NCBI GenBank assembly: GCA_021613535.1
Contig: CP075493.1
Coordinates: 12,710,001-12,774,000, forward strand
DNA from: Adineta vaga
Taxonomy: Eukaryota > Animalia > Rotifera
Direction: 5' to 3'
DNA length: 64,000 nucleotides
Position 1 is the stretch's first letter. The number at the start of each line of letters is the position of its first letter. The position numbers and the translations under genes were made by a program. The notes under the pieces are model-generated. The model was not told the DNA's origin, did no database searches, and was given only the letters and a program-made list of their open reading frames with translations. Shown here piece after piece: positions 52,532-64,000 of this stretch.

Positions 52532-52565
52532 CATAAGTGTGATGGTTTTATTTAAAAAAATTTGA
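52066..52565 (+). CDS. Three-finger (Ly6/LU) GPI-anchored protein E, 10-Cys type (3 exons)
   Basis: MNFVGMSVLLLLSFIPVASSLACFSCWTGWGTYCGDPF...GCSYSCV|KSVSNFVVYRYCGSCPGETPFVNGSGVACCSDRDYCNG + hydrophobic tail. Confidence 0.9.
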
Positions 52566-52843
52566 AAAAAAATGCTGTTGTATGGTGTCTGAGATTTTCG
52601 TGAAAGACAAACGTTTATGTGTGTTTATTTGCTGAAGTTTTATAGAGAAGATTCTATCGTATCTGAATTTAGTTGTTTTTCTATTATACAGGCGATGGAA
52701 GACGTTTGTCTCTTATCTTCAACTAAGGCAATGGCATGTGAATAAAGCACCGCAAGAATTCTAATCGTTGAAGTTTACAGATTTATCACTCGACAAAGTC
52801 ATGAAACATAGATGTAGCAATAATTTGAGATTAATAGTAGAAG

Positions 52844-53509
52844 CTATTTAGCTTCGAAAAAGACATACAACCGAGTATTAATCCACGGGAGTGTGAGTGA
52901 GAATAAGCAAGAACCACTGGCTGATGATAACCAATGAATACGATAAAAAATCGATCGAAAATGTTTCTGAATCACACTAAGTATATACATAGTAATATAT
53001 GGAATAGAGCGTATATCAAGAATAACAATTCTAATTAGCATACGACGTATAACATAATATTCAGAGGTAGAACGTTGGTAACGAATGCTATATATAACGT
53101 AGGGAATATAGGCGTTGCTGAAACACTACAATATTCGAACACAACAAAAGAATGCTAAAATAGTATAACTCCAAAATAGAGTAACAACCGTTGACCAATA
53201 GAGAAAAGCTCGAAATCGAAGAAAAGTTGTTTCCTTAAATTCAGTATTTATTTGAAAATCCTTCATCAATGTTGGTAATGTAACATGAGTTAGTTGTATA
53301 AGACTTTTTAAACAAATAATATTCAAAGAAAGAATTATTTAAGTATTATTTGTTCCTAAAATTTGATTATGATTTCTTCGATAAAGACTATAAATAATAA
53401 TAGATAAAAAAACAGAACAAATCAAAAGTGCCAACATATCGATAAGACCAGATGCAATATTACATGCCACATTACTTGGATTAAAACCAGAAAAATTCGC
53501 TGTAAACAT
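52844..53509 (-). pseudogene. 7TM GPCR pseudogene
   Basis: Start MFTANFSGFNPSNVAC; RFRAFLYWS...YTILAF..VRI and MLIRIVIL...YRIHWLS in different frames with deletions. Confidence 0.65.
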
Positions 53510-54209
53510 TTTTTTTTAATTAAAGACTGGATGAAATACAGATGTATCTATATTCTGTTACAAGATGTCATTCGGTGAATGTTAAGTAAATTATTAACAT
53601 AAGAAAGAAATTGTCAAATTTTCATGCAATGTCAAAACAGATATAATGTCTTTCGGAAAAGAAACTACATATAGAGAGATTAATGCTATAGACAGTGAAA
53701 CTGATTGATTGGCAGATATAAATATAGTTACTCATAAAATCCAATAGGAAGAGAACGAGAGCAAAGATTAAACATACGAAATAATTATATCATCATTTTT
53801 AAAACAAGAAAAATTAAGAATGCTCTTTTAGAATAATATTTCATACTCTGACTCATTCGGAAAAGTATGATAGCATAGTGATGTTGTACATGATATATCT
53901 ATTATCATTCAAATAGAAGGTTAAAGTGTCTTTATCGTAGTTGGCAACTCGAGAATAATGATCGTTATTTGAATTGTGTATACGAAACTAAAATTAATAT
54001 TAACTGGATTTTTCTTTTTTTTATGATGAATAATAAAAGTATCTATGCAGCATGTTTATCTTCCTTTTTTCTCCTTTATCTTTACGACTATTGATAACAA
54101 CTGTAAATGGTTTCTTTTCTACCGCATTTTGAAATTGTTGTGCATGTTGATTTCAAAACAAAGAAGTACGAAACGTGTTGTGTAATATTACTTACTTTCA
54201 AAATTGAGC

Positions 54210-57058
54210 ATGTATAATTTCAATACTGAATCACTTCGCGAAACTGAATGTCAATATTGTCATCAGAAATATCCAACGAACTATCTAGATCTTCACGAGG
54301 TAAGTATATGCTGAGACTTCTATAGTGCTCTCTTAACACAAAATCGATCTCAAATTAGATACATTCAAACTCTATGAAACGACGTTGTTTTTCTCTAAAC
54401 CCTCAGTTATTATACATGGACATCAATTTCTGGAGAATCCTTCGAAGACTTGAAGATAGACTATGTTTTTATGTATTCATCTGAAATTTTGAAAGAAAGT
54501 TACTCTTCTCAAGTGAAAAGTCGTAGAATTACGTAGTTTCAGAATTTACGTTAGAACTTCTGATTTCGACAGAGAATTTATTATTGAAGCGTAAATTGAT
54601 GTGTATATAAACTACATTCTATGAATTATTATAGGCAGTATGTCCATTACGAGACTCAATCAATCGCAATTCTCGCGATAGAATGCCTATTGCAACTGCA
54701 CCAAATTTTAGAGACATTTCCGATAACAACAATTTTCCTCTCGAAGAATTACGGCCTGAAGAACATGGTATTGACAGGGCGAAGCCGATAAATAACAAGA
54801 AAAAGAACAATCTCTTGCAATCAATAAAGAACCATAAGCAACGTGCTGTGATTATAGTAGTCATCGTTGTAATAATCATAGTAATCATCACAGTGTCTAC
54901 TACTCTTGGTGTAGTTTTGGGAAGAAAATCTACGACAAATGTAATCAATGGCACTGATACATCTTCGAGTGAGTCTCTAAATATGTAGAATATAGATAAC
55001 TATGGTAAAAAACTATATATGTTTTATATATACATATAATGTTTTTACGAAGAATCATGAGATATTTATCATGCGTCTTTGTAGGTGTCGGTGAGATTAT
55101 GAGTAGATGTAAGTTTGGAAATAATGAGAAATATTTACCGTCACTGAAGTTAACATCAATCCTACTCATCCATTTTCAATTCATTTTTGGAATCATTCGT
55201 GAACTTTTTGCAGTACGCATTCCAATTAACAATAGCACACATTGGAGATATTCAACTTGATGCAACTATTTTATGAACACCTGATAACTAGTGATTTACT
55301 GTAAAGAAAACAAAAAGATTTATCCGAAGAGTATTCAGATGACACGTATATACAATATACTAAGATCCTTTCTAACAAGAAACAACTTCTCTTGATCGTT
55401 AGAATCAGTTTTAAAGTTTTCTCTAACTGAGTCTATTAGTATGACATCTTCTGTTGATATTGTCACTTTTTTATTTCAAAATTTCTCAAAAATGCAAAAT
55501 TTCCAATCACCGCCAACGGTCAAGACGTCGGCTTACAACTCTAGCATTAATTTGTTCTTCATATCAAAATGAAATCACATTGAAATACGATTCTCCTTTT
55601 CTTTTATAATAGCGACGACTTCTCTAGTAACTCTCACATAGAGCATCACTACTACCGAACTGATTAGTACTAGTAAGATCTGAATTCGATAACATTCTTT
55701 GAAATTAACTAATATTTAATGCTGATTTTATGTACTTTCGCATCTTTTATCTTAGCTTCTTATTTTATAACTTTATTTTGTTTCTTTAGCAGATTCTTCA
55801 ACGACAACGACAACAAAAACATCTTCAACAATAAGTGGTGAGTGATTTAAAAGTACACCGATTCGACAAAACTTATATTTCTCTATAATCTTACACTAAG
55901 GAAAAATTTTTAAACTTCAAATTCAACTAAACAAAATATAATTGTGTTACAGATCGAAGTATTTTCATCGAGAATCTCGATGAATTGTAATAGTAGTCAG
56001 AAGTAATCTGTTTTATACAAGAGTGTAGAACTTCAGGGAAATAGTTACCTCACTAAATCATTGACTTGCATGGTAGAGTTCTATACATTCTTCTTCTTCT
56101 TCTTAAATTCTCTCTAGCAACAACTACAAAAACCAGCATTGGTCCAACATGTTTGTTATCGACATGGAATGAGAATGGAACTACCATCGCTGGTTCACAA
56201 GATGGAATTCACGGCGACACTCCAGGTTTTCTTTATAAGCCACGTGATTTATTTATTGATAACAATGATGTTTACATTACTGATACGTTGAATCGTCGTA
56301 TAATAAAATACACACTGAATATTGCTCAAGAACATACTATTATCAGTGATATAACTACGCGTGGAATTGCCTTTGCTTCGGAGAAACAAATCATTTATTT
56401 TTCTAACTTTATATCCAATATGGAACGTATCGAACGAGTAAATAAGGATGGTTCGGGTGGATCTAGCACAATTGTACCATCCGGAGTTCTTAGCATCTGT
56501 TATAGTCTTGTTGTTCGACTTGAAAGTACTTACATCTGTGACACAAATAATCATCGTGTGATTTTATGGTTCAATGTTAATTCAAGCTATGTTAACGTTG
56601 CTGGTGGAAATGGATTTGGAACCGATCCTAATAAATTGCAAACACCTGAAGGAATATTCGTTGATGATGATGGAAATATTTACGTAGCTGATACACGCAA
56701 CCATCGAATACAGCTTTGGAAACAAGGAGCATCCGAAGGAAAGACTGTCGGCGGAAGTTCCCTTTCACTAGCTGGCTCGGGTATGAAAGATCTGCGAAAT
56801 CCTACAGCAGTTATCGTAGATAAATATGGTACAATGTTTATTGCTGATACTGGTAATCATCGAATCGTGCAATGGCTCAAAGATGACACACAGGCGAAAT
56901 CAATACTTGTAGGAAGGAATGGCTTAGCAGGACTAAGTTTAAATGAATTGAATAGACCTACAAATTTGAAATTTGACTCTGAGGGAAATCTCGTTGTGGT
57001 GGATAGTGAAAATAATCGCATACAAAAGTATTTAGTTGATAACAGTCACTGTTTATAA
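54210..57058 (+). CDS. Type II membrane protein: C2HC zinc finger - TM - Thr-rich stalk - NHL beta-propeller
   Basis: Exons 54210-54299 and 54635-54968 give CQYC-x11-H-x3-C and TM VIIVVIVVIIIVIITVSTTLGVVL; phase-1 small exons (55085-55090, 55790-55837); last exon 56118-57058 with NHL repeats (PEGIFVDDDGNIYVADTRNHRIQ). Middle exon structure is tentative. Confidence 0.75.
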
Positions 57059-57182
57059 ACTGAATCTTTTGCGCTTTGAGTCTTTATTCTAAATAAAACA
57101 TACAATTGTTGCAACAGAAAAACAAAAAAAAGAAACTTGCAAACGGTTTAAGAGACTTGTTCAACGGAAGGATATTTCCCCA

Positions 57183-57785
57183 TTAAACTTCTGCAGTGAA
57201 GTCAGTTTCTGTTGTAGGTACTATTTCTGATGTTGTTGTTGTTGTTTCCAGTGTAGTTTTTACTGTAGTAGTACGTCTTGTTGTTGATATCGGCGTCGTG
57301 CAAGTTAAATCGATATATTTTTCACTTTTACAATCAAAGTTGAATACAGAATCGAATGAACATTGCATTAAATCAATTGTTGTGTTACTACAGCGCAGCT
57401 TGTTTAGCATAAATCGACATGGAACATTTATATGTTGATCTTTATGGTTGAAAGTGCACACTTCTTCTTCATGAACTGAACTATTTTTGGTGAATTTTGC
57501 TTCTGTATGACCTAATGTTCGACAAACTGTTTGTGCTTCTCGTCTATTGAAATTATCTGAGCATACCAAGCCACTAACAGAGAAAGTTTGATTCAATTGA
57601 AAAATATGAAAAGTAGTCTGGATTTTTAGAGGAAATTGATTAATAATCGAAATTTGTGTCAGTTCGCGTGGATAGAGAAGTACATTGTAATGACGTGGAC
57701 ATTTAATTTCATCTTGACTGAAGATTTGAGACACCTGTAGCAACGTTAGAATCATTACCAAGGTGAACAATTTGAAAACTACCAT
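57183..57785 (-). CDS. Secreted single SRCR-like domain protein with Thr-rich tail
   Basis: Signal peptide; GLVCSDNFNRREAQTVCRTLG, LNKLRC...LMQC...C......LTC. Confidence 0.8.
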   Translation of the reverse strand: MVVFKLFTLVMILTLLQVSQIFSQDEIKCPRHYNVLLYPRELTQISIINQFPLKIQTTFHIFQLNQTFSVSGLVCSDNFNRREAQTVCRTLGHTEAKFTKNSSVHEEEVCTFNHKDQHINVPCRFMLNKLRCSNTTIDLMQCSFDSVFNFDCKSEKYIDLTCTTPISTTRRTTTVKTTLETTTTTSEIVPTTETDFTAEV

Positions 57786-58397
57786 TGTGCACTGTACAGA
57801 AAAGAAAGAACAGTGAGTTTTTTTTCTTTGCAAGAGTGAATGAAAGTAAAAGTAAAGTCTATAACGAAATCCTTAAGCAAAACTGGACACCTCTGTTAGC
57901 CTTCCATTGATTATGAAAAAACCAATCTAGTTCTACATACGAATAGTTTTCTAAGGAGTACAAAAAGACAAATATCAATGTTGTTCGCTGAAAATTGATA
58001 TCAAACAGTGCTGAGTAAAATATTTGATTAAAGAAAAAAAAAATGTCCTATCTTCATGGGATGTGGCATGTTGCTGATTTCTCACAATACTTTTTTTTAT
58101 TATTTTCTCATAAGGGTATGTTCTTTTTATTAAATTTATATGTCATTATTTTTTTTATCTTGCTCGATTTTCTGCTAAAACCAATTCTAGAACACATCTG
58201 GTTGATAAGTATTCGGAGAAAGCTGAATATTATTGCTCTTTGATCTTTGAATTAGATAAATCTATGTACATAGTGAATAATGATAATGGTAAAACTGATA
58301 AAAGGAGAAGTATATAAACCGACAATTTTATTGAGAAAAAGTATTAACCGCAAATTCAAACAGAAAACAATCTATTATTAATTATCTTCAATAAATC

Positions 58398-58970
58398 ATG
58401 CATGCTCGTTTAGCAATCCTTGTTTTTGTTTCAATTATTGGCTGTCATCAAATTGTTGGTTCACTTTTTGGTGAAGAAATTCTTCATGCGCTTCAACCCA
58501 GTTTACCAACATCGAGAGGTATCTTTGATAAAACATGCTCAAAACTTTACAATCTTTTGGCATTTCCACGACGTGTTCTTGGTCTTACTGTTCTTGAAAA
58601 TACACCAGTCCGTGTACGTGTTGAAATGGAAATGACAGATCCAGCAACAAATGCAAAAGACAATTTCTTTGTTGAAGGTCTCGTTTGTCAAAATGGCTTT
58701 AACCAATATGTTTGCGATGCTATCTGTCGTTCACAAAACAAACGATGTGTTGCAGTAGTACCAAACTTACCATTTCGTCCTGATCCAGTTAATTCTAGAG
58801 ACAAATGCTTTTTTCAATATGGTCAAGATCAACTTGAAATTCAATGCACTTATATTCTCGATAAATTCAGTTGTCCATTCAATGCCATCAATCTTGGTAA
58901 ATGTAATCATACAACTTTGTTTGAACATCAATGTGCTGGTGATATGCATGTTGGAGTAATGTGTGTCTAA
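58398..58970 (+). CDS. Secreted single SRCR-like domain protein
   Basis: Signal peptide; EGLVCQNGFNQYVCDAICRS, LDKFSC...NLGKC.H......C....VGVMC; TATATAAA at ~58312. Confidence 0.8.
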   Translation: MHARLAILVFVSIIGCHQIVGSLFGEEILHALQPSLPTSRGIFDKTCSKLYNLLAFPRRVLGLTVLENTPVRVRVEMEMTDPATNAKDNFFVEGLVCQNGFNQYVCDAICRSQNKRCVAVVPNLPFRPDPVNSRDKCFFQYGQDQLEIQCTYILDKFSCPFNAINLGKCNHTTLFEHQCAGDMHVGVMCV

Positions 58971-59141
58971 GTGTCGCACATTTTCTATTTTTAAAATATA
59001 GCAAATTTTCCTTTGTGTTTCCTATAAAGTAAAGACTCTATGAAAATGTAATCAACGAAATTATTAAATAAATAAAGTGTGTTTAACAATGATTCTATGA
59101 AAAAACTACAGGATAAATATTTTTTTAACTCAATGAAATCA

Positions 59142-59211
59142 TTTTGAGAGTATGAATAGGAGTGTCAATATTATTCATCAACCGCACTCATACCCACACT
59201 CACCCTCAAAA
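59142..59211 (-). repeat. Imperfect hairpin element with GT-rich arm (family copy 4)
   Basis: TTTTGAGAGT...ACCCTCAAAA; minus strand reads TGAGGGTGAGTGTGGGTATGAGTG. Confidence 0.6.
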
Positions 59212-59434
59212 GACGTTTTTATTCGTTTCTGGAATATTTTTACCATGATGTTTTCACACAACTAATTGCTTTCTTCATTTTTTCTTTTGCTCTTTAGCAA
59301 TACTATATTGTTTCAATACATTTCACAATTGGTATTATCAACCAACCTACATTGATGATTCAAAACCTATCAGACTTTAAATTTTTATTTGTTTAGAGAA
59401 CATGATAAACGGATGATTTATGAAAATAAGAACT

Positions 59435-61446
59435 TTAGTAATCTTCAAGTTGAAATTCTTGTTTGAGTTGATATAAAGTTTTATTACTATGCCGTCGTGT
59501 ACATTCTTTTAATTGACGAATATATTCATCTGGTCGATCTTTTTTTCAACTGAGCTTTTTCTATGGATACAGCATCATCATAATTAGGTTCTTTTAACAG
59601 TTCCACAATACTTTGCAGAACTTAACACATAATCGTGTTATTTGTCCAACCACGATCAAGTAAATGATGACATATTTTACCATCTCCACTTACATCAACA
59701 TGATAAATTTCAGTTACAAAACGAATACGTGGTGGTTGTCGAGGGTATTCAAAATTGAATTAAACAAAAAGAAAACATCCTCACGACAAATATAGACGTT
59801 GATATTATCTATTGGAGTTTCCTTCGCATTGTGTGCTTCACGAAGAACTCGATGGTAATTTTAAGTAGACTGAATCTTTTCAGCAAATTGAACTGGAACT
59901 TTGCATGTAGCCTTGTGATGCATTTGTGTCGGCATCCGATATACAGGTTTGTTTACAATTCCATACGATTGAATGTCTCTTTCACAAAGCCAAATTGCTG
60001 TTTCTTGTTCAAATGTCGCACCGAATTCGATATCTGATAGAGGTTAATTTCGATATATATAACCATGAGTTCGTCTCGGTTACGTGTAATCGGACAAATA
60101 ACATCAAATGTAGTATCAAAGTGAATGAGTCCAACAGCATGAGCAGATTTACCAAAAACAATATTATCACACATGATTTCTAGCATTACAATACTCATAT
60201 CAAATACTGTTTTCGTATTATTTGGATTGATTGAAACGAATTTTTCAAACATCGATCGACTAATATCAAGTACTACAACAATAACAGTAATTTGTTGAAT
60301 TAGTGGTTTGACACTAAGATCATTGACACTTCCAACGTGTGTTGTTACACAAACATTTGAACGAAGATGATCAGGAATCAATGGATCTGGAACACCATTT
60401 CTGTTCGGTTCATAGGATTGAATATTTCAAAGATATGTTCAACTTCTCTAGCTTCTGTCCGATGACCTGTTTTAGGTCTTTTAGTCATTTTACGTGTGAA
60501 CAATAATGAAACAGTGCGATCTTGCATTAAAACTAGTTGATCATTAACATCTGTACGGATAGCACTACGCGTAATCAATATAAATGATTGATACTTTCGA
60601 GCCATAGTTGTATATAATTCTTTAATTCGATCATCAGTAAAACGCTCTATAGGAGCAATAGGAACACGTGTGTCCTGTGGTGGATCATAAATTAGATAAT
60701 CATAGCATTTACAAGACATAATATTTGCATAGTTGGATTTGTTTTGCATGTATATCGGGTAAACAATTGAATATCTACATGACGTATGACACCTACACGA
60801 ATTGTTCAAATATGTTTTGTTGTCGTTTGCCAAATCGATAAGATTAACAAGCTGATAAAAATCACTATCCGTTGCTTTCGGATTACATTGCTCGAGAAGC
60901 CAACAGAAAAGAACAGGAATAAAATCGCACTGTTCATGTTTGTTTATTTTAATAGGACAGAGTAAATTAAGTAATTGCAGTAAAGAATCAAAAATCAATG
61001 GTTTCTCAAACCAAAATATTGCACCTTCCATTGCATGTTTTAGAGCAAGAATAGCAGGTGAAAAAAGATACTTGCGAAGATGAATAAAGAATTGTGCTTC
61101 CATTGCTTGTCGCCACATACTCAATTCATCATTAGATCTAATAAAAAAGATATGTTATATACTATAGTAATATTCTTTGTTTTGTATGGCATGTTTCTCA
61201 GATAAAATAAATTCTCTTACTTATAGAAAAAAGACGTAACGCATAAAGACTACTGAGAAGTACACTTTGAGAACGTGGTGATTGAGTATACTTCACGAAA
61301 TATACTAGAGTCCACCATTCGGTATCGAGAGAGAATATATTGGGTATTTTTGTCTCATACGTATACATTTCATTGCTTTGTTGATATTGTTTGATCGCAT
61401 ACATATAAAAATGAGGTTCTGATGGTGTTAATTTCATCTTCTTCAC
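59435..61446 (-). pseudogene. vWA + ubiquitin-conjugating (E2/UBC) fusion pseudogene
   Basis: vWA VVVLDISRSMF (DxSxS) and VGLIHFD; E2 FEYPRQPPRIRFVTEIYHVDVSGDGKICHHLLDRGW at ~59650-59760, followed by an in-frame TAA and frameshifts. Confidence 0.8.
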
Positions 61447-61456
61447 TAATAAATAT

Positions 61457-62439
61457 ATGCATACGATGTGTGATAGACAACTAGCTAGTTTTCAGACATC
61501 CACAGTAAATTCACAGAACACTGTAACTGTTGATGAAGAATCTGATGATTCATCACTAATAAAAAAAAAACACAAAACAACGGACCATTTTCCTGCTAGG
61601 AAATTAATCATAAGAGGCAAGTATCTATGTCAAAGTGCTTTCTATAACGGGTTATTATAAGAAGAAACTTTGGCTTTTTGATAGATCAATCATCTGATGT
61701 ATCAAAGACTAGTCCTCTCTATAATGCATACCGAGCTAATGATATTGATTTGGTGGAACAGTATTTGAAAACTGTGATGGTAAAGGATATCAATCGAATT
61801 GAACTAAATGGATCTACAGCACTTCACGTTGCTGCATTTCGAGGACATCAGAAAATCGTCGAATTATTACTCTCAGAAAGGTGCTAATTGTTCAACAATC
61901 AATCTATACGGTTATACTCCATTTGATGAGACGAAAACTGATATGATTAGAAAATAAATACATCGTCGTAGAACTTCTAAACGTTTTATCAGTGAACCAA
62001 TCGAATGGATTATCTCAGAAAATGATGCGGATTACCAAGCACATAAATATATCAAAATACTTGAATCATATGGAAACAATTCTCGAGTTCACACTTCAAT
62101 TGCGTGTATAAAAGCAAATTATCTAGAAAACGAAATAAAAGATATTGAAGGCATCGACACGATAAAAACATATTTTCATCATCATGGAAATAGCGACGTA
62201 TTGCATCAACTTTTTATGAACAAATCCTCGATAACGATGATCAATTAAGTGAACTATGCATGTATAATATTCGTAATAAAAGAACGGCATTGACTGTTCA
62301 GCATCTATCAGTGTATCCTCACGAAGAAGAAGTGTTTATTCTACCTTATACAGTATTCAAAATAATTGAATTAAAACATACCGGAAATTGTGTACCGCAA
62401 ATTGAAATACTACTGACAGAATATGAACCATGGGATTAA
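61457..62439 (+). pseudogene. Ankyrin + ADP-ribosyltransferase pseudogene
   Basis: NGSTALHVAAFRGHQKIVELLL; frameshift at ~61879; internal deletion removes the YRG strand; C-terminal RTALTVQHLSVYPHEEEVFILPYTVFKI (ExE). Putative GC-AG intron ~61617-61684. Confidence 0.75.
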
Positions 62440-62731
62440 CAGCTATTTACCATTTAAAAGAATCTATTAGGTCTACACTCTCATTCTCAATATGCTTTAT
62501 AAAATCTATAATCACATATTTGTTATTGTTCGATAACTATTTATTATCAATGAAATAAAAGGAGAAAAAAATGGCTTGTGACATTTTTCTTATCTTTCGG
62601 TTTGAATAAAGCCGTCATAAGGCAAAGAAAAAAATACGTGTTTTAAGTATTTTGTCTGTTCTGTAAATGACAAGGCGAAAACTCACATGTATATAATAAT
62701 GAAGAGCAATTTAGAAGGACGCATAAACACC

Positions 62732-63942
62732 ATGGGAGTTACTGGTTCTCGAGAAAATTCAGCGAAGAAGCCCGTCGTACTCATCGTCGGAGGCGGATAT
62801 GGTGAGTAAAATAAACTCATTTAAAATATCATCATTGCATTTGTCTTTATTTATTTCTACTATAAGGTGGTGTCAAATGCGCTCAATTACTCGATAAAAA
62901 TGGCCAATTTTTCGTTGTACTCATTGATCGCAAATCTTATTTTCTGAACAATGTTGCTACATTACGTGCTTGTGTCGAGCCGAACTGTGCGCGTCGAATA
63001 ATGATTCCTTATGATCGACTACTTACTCATGGTTTGCATTCAACAAAATGTGAATTTTTTTCTATTTCATTTTGTTTTATTTCATGTTCTAGGTTGTGTT
63101 GTACAAGCTGAGGTGATATCGATTTCTTCGAATGGTGTGATGGTTCATGGATACGATCAACCTATTCATTTTAACTATTTAATCATTGCTACCGGATCTT
63201 CTTATGCATTTCCGGGTAAAATAGCCGAAGTTCAACGTGCACAAGCAATCTCACATTACAGTTCTATGCGAGAACAGATTGCGCAAGCACATCGAATTCT
63301 TGTTATTGGTGGAGGTTCTGTTGGTGTGGAACTTTGTGGTGAAGTGGCTACGGACTTTCCAGGAAAGGAGATTACTCTTGTGCACAGTGGTTCTACATTA
63401 CTTCAACCGAATGTATTCAATGAAAAACTGTATACTAATCTCCAACGACAGTTGGAAAAATTGAACGTTAAAATCTTGCTCAATGAGAGAATCAAATTGA
63501 TAAATGTTGCCAGTACACAATCGTCTGTCAACTATATTTATGGTGAGAAAACCTTTCTGACAGAGAATAAAAAACAATCCATAACAGCTGACCTCACATT
63601 TATTTGCACGGGAGCACCAGTAAACAATAAGAGTCTGATGAAAAGTGATCTTGCTGAAAAAATCGATCCTCAAAATGGCCGACTTAGAGTCAACGGTTAT
63701 TTACAAGTCGAAGGATGTACAAATATCTTCGCTATTGGCGACATTAGTAACAAGGAAAATCAAATGGCTTATTATGCTGAAATTCAAGCAGAATATGTTG
63801 CATCTTTAATTCGATTAATTGAAGGGAAAAAATCATATCCTAAAGAATATCAAGCTAGTCAATATCCGGTCATGTTTGTTACAGTCGGAAGGAACGGTGG
63901 AACGGGTCAACTACCCATTAAAAGTGGTCTTGTTGTCGGTTC
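62732..63942 (+). CDS. AIFM2: FSP1/AIFM2(AMID)-like NAD(P)H oxidoreductase, 3'-partial (continues past the window)
   Basis: Exons 62732-62801, 62867-63031, 63093-63942; MGVTGS N-terminus, VLIVGGGYGG, YLIIATGS, VIGGGSVGVELCGE, NIFAIGD. Confidence 0.85.
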
Positions 63943-64000
63943 GTAAAAATAATTTTAACTAATTGGAAATTTGAATTTTTTTTTCTTATTCTGTAAAGGA

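Noticed and set aside
56066-56117. Apparent signal peptide on the NHL ORF
   Set aside because: TTG start, and the Leu-rich stretch is the polypyrimidine tract of the acceptor at 56117.

Overview
AT-rich, gene-dense eukaryotic DNA with very short (~50-60 nt) GT-AG introns. The gene content (F-box/LRR, ART+TPR, ankyrin+ART, many orphan 7TM receptors, a giant LDLa/EGF-GPCR, NHL proteins and intron-bearing genes of bacterial, fungal or plant type) is characteristic of a bdelloid rotifer; this taxon is an inference. It is not a prokaryotic locus, and I found no CRISPR array, rRNA, tRNA or intact transposase. I count about 22 intact or near-intact genes and about 10 decayed relics. Most notable: (1) an intronless EF-hand + protein-glutaminase-like (Cys-His-Asp) fusion at 19345-20610; (2) five GPI-type three-finger (Ly6/LU) genes mostly missed by the ORF track, including a recent duplicate pair that differs mainly at finger tips I and II, and a triplet lacking one core disulfide; (3) a family of ~50-70 bp imperfect hairpins with telomere-like TGAGGG/TGTGGG arms near gene 3' ends; (4) a run of putative horizontally acquired enzymes (BBE-like FAD oxidase, HHxxH M61-like peptidase, plant-type Deg protease) with an 8-Cys defensin. 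All family calls come from motif recognition by eye; no database search was run.
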